From contig JANPLN010000015.1 in assembly GCA_031426555.1 (NCBI GenBank), positions 191,863-255,862 on the forward strand: DNA of 64,000 nt. Direction: 5' to 3'. Below, piece by piece: positions 62,024-64,000 of this stretch. The notes under the pieces are model-generated. The model saw nothing but the letters and a program-made list of their open reading frames with translations. It was not told where the DNA came from and ran no database searches. Source of the DNA: Bdellovibrionales bacterium. GTDB lineage: Bacteria; Bdellovibrionota; Bdellovibrionia; Bdellovibrionales; JAGQZY01. The first letter of the stretch is position 1. Every line of letters begins with the position of its first letter. The position numbers were made by a program, and so were the translations under genes.

Positions 62024-62028
62024 GTTTC

Positions 62029-63156
62029 TTACACTATTTCAAGCGGAGTTAGGCCCCCCAAAGGGGTTTGCAAGTTGGTGAGCTGTCCCTGGTAAAGGCG
62101 AGCCACGGCAAGATGAATTTCGGCGTGAGTTGCATGAGCAAAAAAGTAAAAGCGCAAATCATATTTAAAAGTATGGGCCTGGTTTTCGTAGTTAAACGTC
62201 ACCTCAGGTGCCGGCACTATTTGCTGAGCCAAGTAGTCGGGAGCGTAAATTCGGTTAAACACCGTACGGCTGATGGATTTTCCTCGGTACACGGAGCGGC
62301 TACCGTAGGCGTTGGGTGGTTTGAAAAAAAACTGGGCGCGCTTCGACCAGAGGTCTTCGGCGTCTTTAAAGTCTGCAAAACGAAAAGTTTTTAGCAGAGC
62401 TTTTTGTAAATGCGGAAGGGGTAAATCCTTCTGCGACCATTCGACCAGGCGATTTTTATCGGCAATGGCACCATAGGTCCAAGGATTTGGCGAAATTAAA
62501 GTTTTGTTAAAGCGGAAAGCCTCTGCAAGTGCAGGAATGTTAGCGAAATAAAAATCCGTGTGGCGGTTATAGATACCATGCACTTTTTTATTCCGCCAAA
62601 TCACTTGGTGTTCAGAGTCGATCGTTAGCTCTTGCGGAGAACTGATTTCGCAGTCGATGGAAAATTCTTTTTTTAAGAATTCGCAAAACATCAAAAACTC
62701 AAAATACATATTTTGCTGTTCGGGATTTTCGTCGACGATTAAAAACAAATTTCCCGGTTGTAAATTTGCGCCAAAGGCTTGCTGAAAGCTCGCTATAAAC
62801 TTTGCCTTCGCATTTTTAAAATCAGGAAGATTTTTAACCTCGTATTGCTCGGCATTGACTAAAAAGGAAGAGGCGTTGGTGTTGACTTCGATAATTTTGA
62901 GTTGGTCGTCGCTGTTGATGTGCACGTCGAGGCTGTTGATAATGGAAGAATTTTTTGGCTCGGGCGTTTGTTGAAGGATTTTCGCAAGATCGTGCACAAT
63001 ATTTTGTGCGTCTTCAAAGTGCTGGCGTTTCAGTTTAAAAACAAAGGGCGACGCCAACTGCGGCGACAATGATTGGACCAAGGTGTCCGAAAGTGTCGGA
63101 TAGTTTTTGCGCAAGTGCGCTTGATACTGCGAAAAGAAAGCATGCATTGAATTCAA
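62029..63156 (-). CDS. Circularly permuted ATP-grasp family ligase-like protein
   Basis: DVH..LKIIEVNTN, IYNRHTD, ADKNRL, FFKP..YGSR, KYDLR, ARLYQGQLTN..GG. Confidence 0.7.
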   Translation of the reverse strand: MNSMHAFFSQYQAHLRKNYPTLSDTLVQSLSPQLASPFVFKLKRQHFEDAQNIVHDLAKILQQTPEPKNSSIINSLDVHINSDDQLKIIEVNTNASSFLVNAEQYEVKNLPDFKNAKAKFIASFQQAFGANLQPGNLFLIVDENPEQQNMYFEFLMFCEFLKKEFSIDCEISSPQELTIDSEHQVIWRNKKVHGIYNRHTDFYFANIPALAEAFRFNKTLISPNPWTYGAIADKNRLVEWSQKDLPLPHLQKALLKTFRFADFKDAEDLWSKRAQFFFKPPNAYGSRSVYRGKSISRTVFNRIYAPDYLAQQIVPAPEVTFNYENQAHTFKYDLRFYFFAHATHAEIHLAVARLYQGQLTNLQTPLGGLTPLEIV

Positions 63157-63169
63157 TTCCAGAGTGAAA

Positions 63170-63250
63170 AGCCCACCCAGCGGCAGGCTAATGAAAGTTT
63201 CACTTCACAAGAAGTGAAACCTACAAGAAGCGGCCCTCTTGCAAGAGGGC
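63170..63250 (-). terminator. Three tandem hairpins after ahpC, the last followed by a U run
   Basis: GCCCTCTT-GC-AAGAGGGC; GTTTCACTTC-N4-GAAGTGAAAC; AGCCTGCC-GCTG-GGTGGGCT-TTT on the minus strand. Confidence 0.6.
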
Positions 63251-63258
63251 ACCAACCA

Positions 63259-63780
63259 TTAAGCTTTGATAAACTTAGAACCTGGCTTCCAACCGGCAGC
63301 GCAAAGCTCTCCTGATTGTAGACCACTGAGAACGCGAAGGATTTCGTTGCAGTCACGGCCAACGCTCAGGTTATGAATACCCATGTACTGGATCATTCCT
63401 TCTGGATCGATAATGTAAGTGCCGCGAGTGGCAATTCCTTTGTCTTCCAAAAGCACACCGTAGTCGCGAGAGACTCTTTTAGTCACATCGCCAATGAGCG
63501 GGTAGCCAAGATCTTTAAGATCGTCTTTGATCCAGCGCTTGTGCGAATGAACGGAATCGATGCTGCAGCCCAAAACTTGCGCGTTCACTTCTTTAAATTT
63601 TGGAAGATAATCGCGGAATTGCGTAATTTCGGTAGGGCAGACAAATGTGAAATCAAGTGGGTAGAAGTAAAGTACAACCCATTTACCTTTGTAATCGCTC
63701 AGATTGATGTCTTTAAATTCGCCACCATCAACAACAGCGGGTGCTGTAAATTGTGGAGCCGGTTGTCCGATCATAGGCAT
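63259..63780 (-). CDS. ahpC: 2-Cys peroxiredoxin (AhpC/Prx1)
   Basis: FYPLDFTFVCPTE, VGR, resolving Cys in GELCAAGW. Confidence 0.93.
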   Translation of the reverse strand: MPMIGQPAPQFTAPAVVDGGEFKDINLSDYKGKWVVLYFYPLDFTFVCPTEITQFRDYLPKFKEVNAQVLGCSIDSVHSHKRWIKDDLKDLGYPLIGDVTKRVSRDYGVLLEDKGIATRGTYIIDPEGMIQYMGIHNLSVGRDCNEILRVLSGLQSGELCAAGWKPGSKFIKA

Positions 63781-63857
63781 GAGTAACTCCTTTGAGTATA
63801 AAATTGAAAGGCCATATTGCGCGGCAAACGCACCCCAGTCAAGTTAGGCCAACAGAC

Positions 63858-63912
63858 AAAAGGTACGCCGTACCGTTTAAGGTACGCCGTACCTTTTAGT
63901 TGAGATCTGCGT
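63858..63912. repeat. REP-like palindromic dispersed repeat, copy 2 with tandem core
   Basis: Two AAGGTACGCCGTACC cores (63860, 63879) followed by TTTTAGTTGAGATCTGCGT. Confidence 0.85.
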
Positions 63913-64000
63913 CAAGTTGGATACCTGCGTACCCAAAATCATGATGAATTGATAGCTTGCTGCCATGAAAATCATTTCTTGGAACGTTAACGGCATTCGC

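Overview
Bacterial chromosomal window, probably Bdellovibrionota/Deltaproteobacteria-like. This is inferred from delta-60 repeat and CFI-box proteins, many exported hypothetical proteins, and R-x-(P/I)-A-S motifs. Housekeeping genes include tadA, rpsU-yqeY-dnaG-rpoD-tRNA(CAT), aceE-like PDH E1, rplM-rpsI, truA, asd-pssA, metH, msrA, a trmJ-like gene, a long-form aromatic amino acid hydroxylase, hldD and ahpC. The main accessory feature is an ~11 kb cluster running off the left edge. It holds six radical SAM genes of three architectures (one split by a one-base frameshift), a NodU/CmcH carbamoyltransferase with SxtJ-like and unannotated SxtK-like partners, an SGNH-like protein and a methyltransferase-like protein. 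A seventh related radical SAM gene lies at 20-21 kb and two GT-A-like paralogues at 55-56 kb. Other signals: a ~150-nt near-perfect hairpin capped by two CAGGATG (CsrA-type) stem-loops; a sigma54-type promoter ahead of three exported proteins, one broken by a single in-frame TAG; a divergent exported kinase-like/phosphatase-like pair; a duplicated tRNA 3' end; a dispersed REP-like palindrome; and sigma28-like promoters placed for leaderless transcripts. No CRISPR array, integrase, transposase or prophage structural genes were seen. All family assignments are from motif recognition, not database searches.
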